Origin: Octopus bimaculoides
Lineage: Eukaryota
Assembly (NCBI RefSeq): GCF_001194135.2
Contig: NC_068981.1
Span: forward strand, 52,143,169-52,177,296
Direction of reading: 5' to 3'
DNA length: 34,128 nt
Each line of letters begins with the position of its first letter. Positions within the stretch are counted from its first letter, which is position 1. The position numbers were made by a program, and so were the translations under genes. Of this stretch, positions 11,236 through 21,935 are shown in pieces. The notes beneath the pieces were generated by a model that was not told where the DNA came from, did no database searches, and saw only the letters and a program-made list of their open reading frames with translations.

Positions 11236-12789
11236 ATTGTGTTATTATGTAGTTATATCAGGAATGAGATTGCATTCATAAATATTGCCAAAGTAAATTT
11301 CAATAGGTTAACTTAAGACAAATTTTACTTTAAGCATGTAAATATGTTTTGTGAATTTAATTCTTAATGTTTGGAAATTATCTCCCATTTATTGAAATTA
11401 TCTCCCGTTGCGTCGTTCAGCAAAGCTCTTCATTTTATGTTACTCATATCTAATCAGTTGCAATGTGTTTCAACCAGGATGCTGGTACAGTTCTCTTTTT
11501 CCTCCAGTAGTCTCATCCTGTACGTTATGCTGAGTCACGAGTGGGAAGCCCAAGAAATTGTCAATGTCTGCTCGCGACTACATAGAAAAATATGGTACAT
11601 GTACCAAATAATTTGCACTTGCAGATTGTACCTGTAGTATTTAATAAATAGACAGATAGATAGATAGGTATACATATACATATATACATATATATACATA
11701 TAATATATATGTATAAAATATATGTATGTATATGTATATATATATGCCTTGTTTGCCTGCGTTTGTACATATCAGGATTTTGTGTGTGTGTGTGTGTGTC
11801 CTAGTATCTGTAGCTGTGCANNNNNNNNNNNNNNNNNNNNNNNNNNNNNNNNNNNNNNNNNNNNNNNNNNNNNNNNNNNNNNNNNNNNNNNNNNNNNNNN
11901 NNNNNNNNNNNNNNNNNNNNNNNNNNNNNNNNNNNNNNNNNNNNNNNNNNNNNNNNNNNNNNNNNNNNNNNNNNNNNNNNNNNNNNNNNNNNNNNNNNNN
12001 NNNNNNNNNNNNNNNNNNNNNNNNNNNNNNNNNNNNNNNNNNNNNNNNNNNNNNNNNNNNNNNNNNNNNNNNNNNNNNNNNNNNNNNNNNNNNNNNNNNN
12101 NNNNNNNNNNNNNNNNNNNNNNNNNNNNNNNNNNNNNNNNNNNNNNNNNNNNNNNNNNNNNNNNNNNNNNNNNNNNNNNNNNNNNNNNNNNNNNNNNNNN
12201 NNNNNNNNNNNNNNNNNNNNNNNNNNNNNNNNNNNNNNNNNNNNNNNNNNNNNNNNNNNNNNNNNNNNNNNNNNNNNNNNNNNNNNNNNNNNNNNNNNNN
12301 NNNNNNNNNNNNNNNNNNNNNNNNNNNNNNNNNNNNNNNNNNNNNNNNNNNNNNNNNNNNNNNNNNNNNNNNNNNNNNNNNNNNNNNNNNNNNNNNNNNN
12401 NNNNNNNNNNNNNNNNNNNNNNNNNNNNNNNNNNNNNNNNNNNNNNNNNNNNNNNNNNNNNNNNNNNNNNNNNNNNNNNNNNNNNNNNNNNNNNNNNNNN
12501 NNNNNNNNNNNNNNNNNNNNNNNNNNNNNNNNNNNNNNNNNNNNNNNNNNNNNNNNNNNNNNNNNNNNNNNNNNNNNNNNNNNNNNNNNNNNNNNNNNNN
12601 NNNNNNNNNNNNNNNNNNNNNNNNNNNNNNNNNNNNNNNNNNNNNNNNNNNNNNATTTTATTCATATACTCTATTTTTCATTATATTTCTTTAATTGCTA
12701 TCTATCTATCTAGCCTGCTTGCCAACTTTTGTATCTGCCTTCCTCTATATTAACCTGTCGCATTTTCCTTGTTTCTATATTTTCATTCA

Positions 12790-12878
12790 ATCTCTCTCTC
12801 TCTCTCCTCTCTCCTCTCTTACTCTCTCTACTCCTTTCTCTCTCCCTCTCTCTCTCCCTCTCTCTCTCCCTCTCTCCG

Positions 12879-12922
<44 letters not shown>

Positions 12923-13196
12923 GCTCTCTCTCTCTCTCCACATTTAACTACCTTTATTCCTGCTTTTTTGGCTCTCGTTTTTCGTCTCTTGTTGCTTCAT
13001 TTTTCTCTCACTCATTCCGATTGTCTCCCTTTATGCAAGCGTTCATTTTGTACATTTATCTGTATATGTGTGTCTATCCTACTCTTGTACACGCTCTCTT
13101 TCTCCACTTCCCTCTCTACCTCTGTATACCTCTTTCTCTCTCTCTCTTTCTTTCTACATCTCCTTCTCTCTCTGTCTCTGTCTCTGTCTTTCTCTG

Positions 13197-13246
<50 letters not shown>

Positions 13247-13250
13247 ACAG
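12790..13250. repeat. (CT)n-rich and (CA)n microsatellite cluster
   Basis: Direct reading. Confidence 0.85.
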
Positions 13251-14470
13251 AGTCTGTTTACTCTTTCTAGAAAAATGTTTCTAAGTAGTTGTAAATCAAT
13301 AACTCTCTTTACATCTTCATAGATGGGTTAATTCAGATGTAGTATATAGATTTTTGTATATGTCAGGTGTACACTATAGATTTATCTACGTGTTGTTCGA
13401 TGCAGTCTTTAGATTTTGTACATTTGTCAGTTGCAGTATATAGTTCTATGTATGCGTTCGGTTCACTCTTTACATGTATGTGCGTGTTAGATTTGTGCAT
13501 ATGTCAACAGATATCTATAGATTTGTGTGTCAGATTCAGTTTGCTGTTCAGTGTAGGTCTTTAAAGCAGCGCTGTCCACCTCATTCTCCACAGCCAATAC
13601 ACTAGCCTCTCATTTTCTGCACCCGGTTTGTGTTTAATTCTGAGCGAGCATCAGATATAAGTTTGACTGAATGTTTGTCTGTTGGAATGTTTTTATCTGC
13701 ACACACACACATACACAGGCGCACACGCGCACACTGCTATAGATGCACAAATTCCCTCATACACACTCTAACACACCCACACATATGTATATATATATGT
13801 AAACATATATGCATGCATGTATATATATATATATATATATATATNNNNNNNNNNNNNNNNNNNNNNNNNNNNNNNNNNNNNNNNNNNNNNNNNNNNNNNN
13901 NNNNNNNNNNNNNNNNNNNNNNNNNNNNNNNNNNNNNNNNNNNNNNNNNNNNNNNNNNNNNNNNNNNNNNNNNNNNNNNNNNNNNNNNNNNNNNNNNNNN
14001 NNNNNNNNNNNNNNNNNNNNNNNNNNNNNNNNNNNNNNNNNNNNNNNNNNNNNNNNNNNNNNNNNNNNNNNNNNNNNNNNNNNNNNNNNNNNNNNNNNNN
14101 NNNNNNNNNNNNNNNNNNNNNNNNNNNNNNNNNNNNNNNNNNNNNNNNNNNNNNNNNNNNNNNNNNNNNNNNNNNNNNNNNNNNNNNNNNNNNNNNNNNN
14201 NNNNNNNNNNNNNNNNNNNNNNNNNNNNNNNNNNNNNNNNNNNNNNNNNNNNNNNNNNNNNNNNNNNNNNNNNNNNNNNNNNNNNNNNNNNNNNNNNNNN
14301 NNNNNNNNNNNNNNNNNNNNNNNNNNNNNNNNNNNNNNNNNNNNNNNNNNNNNNNNNNNNNNNNNNNNNNNNNNNNNNNNNNNNNNNNNNNNNNNNNNNN
14401 NNNNNNNNNNNNNNNNTATATATATACGCATACGTACATAAATATATATGGATCAAAGCAGTTTGATTCA

Positions 14471-14814
14471 AATCTGCTGGTACTCTTGAGTTTCAAGCGC
14501 GATGCGATGCTAGTCGTCAGCCATTGTGAATTTTAATGACAGAAGTAGACTGTTATTATCGTAAGGTGGACTGCGATTGGTCGAGGAAGGCCACGCGGTG
14601 TCGTGGTTTGATGTTGGTATATGGGTAACAGTTAGTTGGAAAATACTGCATGGTGAAGAGGAAATTGACCACGTGGTGGACAGGAAATAAACTAGAAGTC
14701 GGTCAGGTTGGAGGGGAGTAAGAAAGGGTGGCATGTGCAAGTATATAGTTCAATATGTGGGTGCGTAGACGCGCTTACATAGATTTGCGTGAATGTGTAT
14801 ATTGATGCGCACAT

Positions 14815-14849
<35 letters not shown>

Positions 14850-15485
14850 GACGAACACGCACGCGCGCTCACGCACACACATACACTCGCATACGCAGAC
14901 ATGCACACACATACACGCATACACACACACTTGCGTATTCATTCATATGTACATATGTATATTCACATTCATGTACGCATGCATACCAGTATGCACGCAC
15001 ACATGCATGCACGTGCATATGTGCACTCACACGCGTGCGTGCGCAAGTATACCCGCGCAAAACAAGTGTTGATGATCGGTAAGCATTGGGTGTTGGTAAG
15101 TGTTGGGTGATGGATACTGCGGGTTGCTTGGAGGATATGCAGTTTTTCGCAGAGGCAGAGCTGGCTGTTGGAGGCCCCGGGTGAATATGGCGGCGCTCTA
15201 TCGACAATAGTCCACTTGATGCTGAGTCTCCAGAGAAAACGATACAGGGTAGTAGAGTTCTCTTTATCCCAAATCTATATGAGCGCGTCTATGCATCCAC
15301 ATATAGAACTATATACTTGCACATGCCCCTTCCTACTTCCACACACACACACACATACAGACACACACACAACCTGACCGACTTCTAGTCTATTTCCTGT
15401 CTTCCACGTGGTCAATTTCCTCTTCGCCATGCAGTATTTTCCAACTAACTGTTACCCATACGCCAACATTAGACCGCGACACCGC
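14471..15485 (-). mobile_element. Second Penelope-like element: GIY-YIG C-terminal fragment, microsatellite-containing 3' region, terminal hammerhead and inverted terminal copy
   Basis: 15269 to 15062 (minus) gives DKENSTTLYRFLWRLSIKWTIVDRAPPYSPGASNSQLCLCEKLHIL, matching the PLE motif W..K...I.W.I...A..Y....C.LC..EKL.I. 14595-14787 and 15270-15485 are inverted repeats. Confidence 0.75.
14476..14525 (-). ncRNA. Degenerate type I hammerhead motif at the PLE 3' end
   Basis: Minus strand reads AAUGG-CUGACGA-CUAGC..GCUU-GAAACUC(AA)GAGUA-CCAGC. Core and GUA triplet are intact; stem II and stem I are weak. Confidence 0.55.
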
Positions 15486-15659
15486 TTGACCAAGAGCCCT
15501 ACCACGGTAAAGGCTCTTTCTACTTCGATAGAAATTAGAGGAATGATACTGAGGCCAGGGGACTGTAATTTCAAACATTTTCATTCCTTTAACATTCAAC
15601 AATGTTCTTGTTTGTTTGTTTGTTTGTTTTTGTTTTTGTTTTGTTCTTTGTGGGGGAAC

Positions 15660-17330
15660 CATATGATGGTTAAATGCTCTCTCAATTTGTTTTTGGCAAA
15701 TCAAATTTTGTTAATAGCAACTTTTTATCTGTGTGGTAGAAACATTTCTTTGATAGAGTGGATGATTCAATTATCGTAGGTTCAGATTCGAAAGGGAATT
15801 AGGCAATTCTTCTGCCAAAGTGACGAGGATTCTTTCATACTGTTTCTTTGAATTGGCTTGCACTGGATATTCTGAAGGTAATTTAAGAAAGGAGTCAAGT
15901 GCACTCAAAATTCTAAAGGATTATTTAAATATTTCATCAATCCAATCAGATTTTGACTCCTTTACTTTTCAAAGGGGTCATTAGAATATTTTGTCAATTC
16001 AGTTCTAGAATAGAAACAAAAATGCCTTCTGCAAAAGTCAAGGTTGCACCCCTTTAGCCTACTGGTTTTTCAACCCCAGTTTTAATTAGTTCCAAAGCTG
16101 ATACAGCAGCATGAATAACATTTAATTCATTGTCTAAAAAGGGAAATTTTTTTCATATTGATCATATACCTTTTAAGCCACAAGAACCGTTCTACCATTT
16201 CAAATAAACTGTCCTATTTTGTCTTAGTATCATTGATTAATTGCAATTCATGACCATGCTCCTTTTAACATATTCTTGAAATTTTTCTTTTCTTGTTTAG
16301 AGACCTATGAGCAGAATAGATAATAGTTCTCACTTTTTCAATGACATTGCCAATGCTGAAATTTACTTCAGCGGAAAGATCTTCTGCAATAGAAGCTATT
16401 TCACAATTTGCTGCTAATCGACAGAGTTGTTAGTCACATTCGTAAATGCAGAATCTACATTTACATCATCATCCTTAAATCTACCTTTATATTCATTGTC
16501 GCCGATTCAATGGTCACTATTTGAATTAGCTTCATTACAATTTTATTCAGTCTTCTTCTGAAAAAAAACTTTTAAAACAGCAAAATCAAGTTCATGTGAG
16601 TAACGCAATCGATGTTCACAGTTAATAGCCTTACCAAATTCAACCATGGGAATGGTTCGATTAGTTACAACTGCAACAATATTTTTTTTTAAGTTTTGTT
16701 TCTGAAAAAAGCGTTCGATATTTTTTCCTTCAGGTGAACTTCCAAATATTCTGATAATTGTTAAAAAAACAAAACTTACTAGATGAGTTTACATTTGTAT
16801 TCAAATATCTACAACTACACAAAGATGTATATTCTTTTAAAGAAATACTGACTTTTTCAGAATTCCTCTTTGTATTAGATATTTCACTGATCGCATTTTT
16901 CTTCAAATCATATTGGCGCTGAATCACCTGTGATAACTAAAAAGCCTTTTTGCTCAACCCAAACCATCTCTAAAAGCTTTCATAATAAAAGCCTTTTTCA
17001 CAATTTCATTCATGTAAAATCCTTCAATAGCGGCTAATTTGGATACTACGTCTTCAATAGTTTCTGTTTATTTTTTTTATAAACATAGACTATTCCTCTA
17101 TTGGTCGAGTCTTTTCGAAAAGAAATATATCTATTTCAATAATTCTAGTTTCTGAAAAAGTGTCAATCTGAACTATCTTTAAATGATGTAAAAGACAACT
17201 TACTGAACTGCCCAAGCACTTTAAGATGGTCTTGCAATTTAGAATTAGCGTTTATATAATATGGGCGGGTATTTATGGGGAATAGAATTCGGTCTCCGGA
17301 AATCCCGATTGCATTTTTAGCCAAATTTTC
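15660..17330 (-). pseudogene. Heavily decayed hAT-superfamily transposase
   Basis: Minus-strand segments in hAT order: VVSKLAAIEGF; KVSISLKEYTSLCSCRYLNTNV (cf. FSLTLDEWTS..NRRYLNINVH); IVAVVTNRTIPMVEFGKAINCEHRLRYSHELDFAV (cf. VTDGASVM...CxxH); HELQLINDTKTK*DSLFE (cf. D.KTRWNS); possible QIERAF near 15680. Many stops; TIRs not resolved. Confidence 0.75.
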
Positions 17331-18109
17331 AGAGAGAAACCTTAGTGTGTATGTATGCATACAAACAACATGGCGCCATTAGCATCAGTTTTGAAAGGAT
17401 ACAGAACTGTTTAAAAATAATTTCTTTAACGTTTTGTTTTTTTCTACAATTATGCTTACATCTCCAGCCTAAATCAGTAACTAGCCTATTTCTACTACTA
17501 TTAGTAAGAGAAACACTTTTTACTTACCAATTTATTTTTATTCAGACTGAATTACAAAATATATCATATACCACGTGGGATTTTATTTTAACGATCATGG
17601 TAGATATTGATAAAGACCAAACCAACACCAATGTCAACGCGAGCCTGTCTATGTTTAACTCAAAATTTATTTCAGTATTATGAAAATGCCCGAGATGACC
17701 CTTCTATCGGTAATATGAACCGGTTAAAAAAAAAATACTGAGACGAAGCTCACCCAAACTTAAAACTATTATAGTGGACACTTGTCAACGCAGCTTCGGT
17801 AACAAGCATCTTCCTTTCTTTTTTCTTTTTTTTTCTTTTTTTTTTTTGCAAGCAATAATGGCCATCACAGATAGCAGCTGCTGTTCCAACTCACGTGATG
17901 CTAATCGATCTTTTCAAAACACTAAGAACTTGCCAAATCTGTCATAAGTGAGAAAAGAAATAATGTAAACAAACCGCTGCCACTAACACAAAACTCTCAT
18001 ATAAATCCACATGCAACCAATTCGATAGAGATGACAGTAAAATGTCTTCAATTTACGAACATTTTAAAATCGCAGTTTGTAGAAATTTTTTCAATTCTTC
18101 TAAACTGTT

Positions 18110-18420
18110 CTCATGTTGAAAGTTATTGATGCTGCTGCTGGAGAACACATGTAATCATTTGATGCAAATTACTGAACAATTAATACTTTTCTATACAGAG
18201 CTGCTATTAGTCTTGAAGAACAACTAGAAGAAACCCGCTTTGCTAATAAAATTATTAAACGGAAGTAACCCAGTTGGAAAACAATAAGACTTGAGCGAAA
18301 CATCAACAATTTGCGTCGCCATATTGCATGGTTATCCACAATATGTAAGAGGACTAATATGTTCACACCTCACCAATTACATACTGAAAAAAGTAACAAG
18401 AATTTACAGCAATTTTTCAC
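18110..18420 (+). mobile_element. Probable N-terminal ORF fragment of an R4/Dong-like element
   Basis: INTFLYRAAISLEEQLEE...K*PSWKTIRLERNINNLRRHIAWLS resembles the LxYAAA...PxWxxRLExxIxxLR region upstream of RT in R4-clade ORFs (from recall). Confidence 0.4.
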
Positions 18421-18442
18421 GCCAAATTCTTGAGGGGAGGCT

Positions 18443-18604
18443 AGGCGTAGGAGTGGTTGTGTGGTAAGTAGTTTGCTTACGGACCACATGGTTCCAGGTT
18501 CAGTCCCACTGCGTAGCATCTTGGGCAAGTGTCTTCTACGATAGCTTCAGGCCGACCAAAGCCTTGTGAGTGGATTTGGTAGACGGAAACTGAAAGAAGC
18601 CCGT

Positions 18605-18637
<33 letters not shown>

Positions 18638-18865
18638 ATGTGTGTATGTGTGTATATGTTTGTGTGTCTGTGTTTGTCCCCCCACCCAACATCGCTTGAA
18701 AACCGATGGTGGTGTGTTTACGTCCCCGTAACTTAGCATTTTTGCAAAAGTGACCGATAGAATAAATACTAGGCTTACAAAGAATAAGTCCTGGGGTCGA
18801 TTTGCTCGACTAAAGGCGGTGCTCCAGCATGGCCACAGTCAAATGACTGAAACAAGTAAAAGAGA
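18443..18865 (+). mobile_element. Full-length tRNA-derived SINE family B (CORE-like, internal TA/TG microsatellite)
   Basis: Head aggcgtaggagtggttgtgtggtaag with B box ggttcagtccc; cttgggcaagtgtcttctac CORE-like block; internal (TA)n(TG)n; tail ggtgctccagcatggccacagtcaaatgactgaaacaagtaaaagag. Confidence 0.88.
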
Positions 18866-18886
18866 TAGGGGAAATTAATTACTTTA

Positions 18887-19030
18887 AACATTATTTATAT
18901 TTGACGGATATTTGTCCTCATCTTGTTTGTTGTTAACACAATGTTTCGGCTGATATACCCTCCAGCCTTCATCAGGTGTCTTGGGGAAATTTCGAACCTG
19001 GGTTCTCATTCCTAAAGTATTTTCGATGTT
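18887..19030 (-). mobile_element. PLE terminal-repeat copy with hammerhead motif (18935-18981)
   Basis: Reverse complement of 8138-8250 and 19586-19730; CUGAUGA core intact but helix III reads ACAU instead of ACGU. Confidence 0.82.
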
Positions 19031-19055
19031 GTTGTTATTATTATTATTATTATTA

Positions 19056-19135
<80 letters not shown>

Positions 19136-19377
19136 TAGTTTTATTTTTATAGCGTACTTTCACTTCACTACCGAGCGCAACTCTGTGTGCCTTGGGTATG
19201 TGCTGTGGTTTGCTGTGATGCTCTTATGGTTGTTGTATTGAAAGTGTTTTGCGTAGGATGTGTGCAGTGCCCAGTAGTGCAATTTTCTGTATGTTATATA
19301 TACTTGTAAGTCCTGGTGCTTTTGTTATATATTTGTCTGAATATTTTTTATCATACCTAATGCACCTACTATGGTGT
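19028..19377 (-). mobile_element. 3' end of an R4/Dong-like retrotransposon, copy C, ending in (TAA)n
   Basis: TIVGALGMIKxYSDKYITKAPGLTSIYNIQKIALLGTAHILRKTLSIQ (same C-terminal motif as copies A and B), then a 3' UTR and (TAA)n at 19028-19132. Confidence 0.85.
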
Positions 19378-19584
19378 AGAAGAAGAAGAAGAAGAAGAAG
19401 AAGAAGAAGAAGAAGAAGAAGAAGAAGAAGAAGAAGAAGAAGAAGAAGAAGAAGAAGAAGAAGAAGAAGAAGAAGAAGAAGAAGAAGAAGAAGAAGAAGA
19501 AGAAGAAGAAGAAGAAGAAGAAGAAGAAGAAGAAGAAGAAGAAGAAGAAGAAGAAGAACAACAACAACAACAACAACAACAACA
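19378..19584. repeat. Pure (GAA)n of about 60 units followed by (CAA)n
   Basis: Direct reading: GAA tract 19378-19558, CAA tract 19559-19584. Confidence 0.95.
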
Positions 19585-19585
19585 A

Positions 19586-19758
19586 TACCGAAAAATACCT
19601 TAGGAATGAGAACCCAAGTTCGAAATTTCCCCAAGACACTTGATGAAGGCTGGAGGGTGTATCAGCCGAAACATTGTGTTAACAACAAACAAGGTGAGGA
19701 CAAATATCCGTCAAATGTAAATAATGTACATAATTCCTCATCTCTTAAATATAGAACA
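19586..19758 (+). mobile_element. PLE terminal-repeat copy with degenerate hammerhead (19635-19680)
   Basis: Same sequence as 8138-8250, extending to ctcatctcttaaatatagaac. Core is UUGAUGA (C3U) and helix III is ACAU. Confidence 0.82.
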
Positions 19759-20674
19759 GTAATTACTTTAAAGCATGACGTTAGGAAGCTAATCGAAAAA
19801 GTTCGTTATCGTAGAAAAATTACCGAGTGAGCCTATATAAATCACAAATTTGCTTCCAGGCCACAGGCAACATACTGGGAGATGAGGAAGAAAAACATTA
19901 CCGTTTAGAAACCCTCTTCTGAAAAGATCTTGACTCATTTTTGTCTAAGATCTAGAAAGGAAAAAGATTTCAACCAGAAGGCAATTAAAAATGGAACAGA
20001 ACATGCATGTATATGCATACATGAATGCATATATACATGTACGCATGCCTGCCTGCATACATACACACATACATACATTTCTTTTCAGCTTCTAACATGA
20101 GAAAATAGCAATTTCAGCTTATATTTTAGTATATGTATGTTTGTGTATCTGGGAGATTTTATGTGTGTGTGAGAAAGAGAAGGTGCAAGGTGCATGCGTG
20201 TGCATGTGTATTTAATTATGTTTCGTGTTGCAATATTATGAAATTTCAATTCAAGTTTTTTCTTTATTTCAAAAACTAAATTTATTCTTTTCTTATCAAT
20301 TCTAATTTTTTCCTACACAATTCTGGATATTGAAAGACGTCAACTTTTTGTAACTTGAAATTTTTTTTCCAACTGACAAAAAAAGCAGGAAACATCATTT
20401 TGATTGGTTTTGTTTATTACATCCTTGAGTGTATATGAAACTGCTTGCATGTTTCTGCATACGTGAGTTATATCTTACAATGCCGTGGTAACTGTTCTGA
20501 TGTATCATTGTAATGTCTTAGACATGCCCTATATAGATGAGTGTGAAAGTGCACCGTGCAGCACCCTAACCACAAGGCCACGCACTTTTTATGTGTGTGT
20601 ATGTGTGTGTGGTAGATACTCAGGACACTCAAGTATAATGACATCACACACACATATATACACATGTATATATA

Positions 20675-21530
20675 CAGACGTAACAGAATGAAATAGACAC
20701 CCCATAAAACATCGTAAAACATAGCGTAAAATCTTAGAAAACCTTGGTATCCCGATTTCTACAGTTAATAGAGTGATTATGCAATTCACCAGAGAAGAGA
20801 AGGAGTCCACATCACCTCACCCAGATCAACCAGGGCCCTCTGACAGGACCATTCTCTTTGCTAAGAGAAGTGTGGAGGATAATCCTCGTTGCAAGGCCTC
20901 TGACATAGAAGAACAAGTTGATGTCAGTCCCATAACAGCTGTCAGGTCTCTCCACAAACTTCGTTACTATGGCAGAGCAGCAAGAAGGAAGCCACTTCTT
21001 CGACCAGCCAACATCAAGCGGAGAAAAGATTGGGCCAGCGAGATGGTGGAGAGGCCACTAGCATTTGGGGACACTGATGAGTCCAGATTTGTTCTATTTC
21101 CTGGCAGTGGTCGAGTGTAGATCTGGAGACTCTGTGATCAAGAATTTGATGAGAAAAGATTGCAGCCAACAATGTAACCCGACAACTATTTTGTGATGGT
21201 CTGGGGAGCAATTTGAAGTAATGGTCGATCAGAGTTGGTGGAGAGTGTGGGAAACATAAAATCAGATAAACATGTTTCCATATTGCAGAAGGGACTCCTT
21301 TCAATCTTTTCCACTGGTCAAATGATTAAAGAAGACTTTATTTATGAAAGTTGGGGCTCCTTGTCACATGGCCAAAATGACCCAAGATTTGTTGGATGAG
21401 AATGGCATTAAAATCTTCCATGGCCAAACCAGTCACCAGATATGAGCCCTATTGAACAGCAGTGGGATATAATGGATAGGACACTTCATAATAGAAACAA
21501 GAAAGCATCTTCAAAGCCAGATCTTTTGAG
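20675..21530 (+). mobile_element. Decayed Tc1/mariner DNA transposon (DD34E-type), internally deleted
   Basis: TA followed by putative left TIR cagacgtaacagaatgaaatagacacc; NLGIPISTVNRVI helix-turn-helix; RKPLLRPANIKRRKDWA; DTDESRF; VMVWGAI; GAPCH; WPNQSPDMSPIEQQWD. Right TIR not found. Confidence 0.88.
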
Positions 21531-21935
21531 CGGATGTATTTCACTTGAAATATATGTTTTCAAAGGCGAATAAGTATCGACAGCTACCATGCCATGCCTT
21601 TTTCTTCTGGTATACGTCGATATCTTCATGTTTTGCTGCCCTATGTTATGTGAGTTCATTTCTGTCTGTTCCTTGTTTATTTGTGTTATTGTGAAAAATC
21701 TTGACTAGATTTGAACAGCCATTTTCGCCCTTCGGGGTGAAAAATTTTTGTTAATTCTCCATTTGAAAATTTATTGTGAAAAATTGTGAACTGTTGTTTT
21801 TTTTTTTTTGTTTTTTTTCTTTTTTTTTTACCCTTTGTAGGTAATTTATTCTGAAAATGTTTGTGTCATTCGTCTCAAGTTTGTGGAAAATTCATTATAG
21901 AATTTAACATATCTTCTAAGAACGATTATCCCGAG

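Noticed and set aside
11478-11600. Possible exon (acceptor ttctctttttcctccag; SLILYVMLSHEWEAQEIVNVCSRLHRKIW)
   Set aside because: No recognisable protein similarity and a weak donor; unsupported without RNA data.
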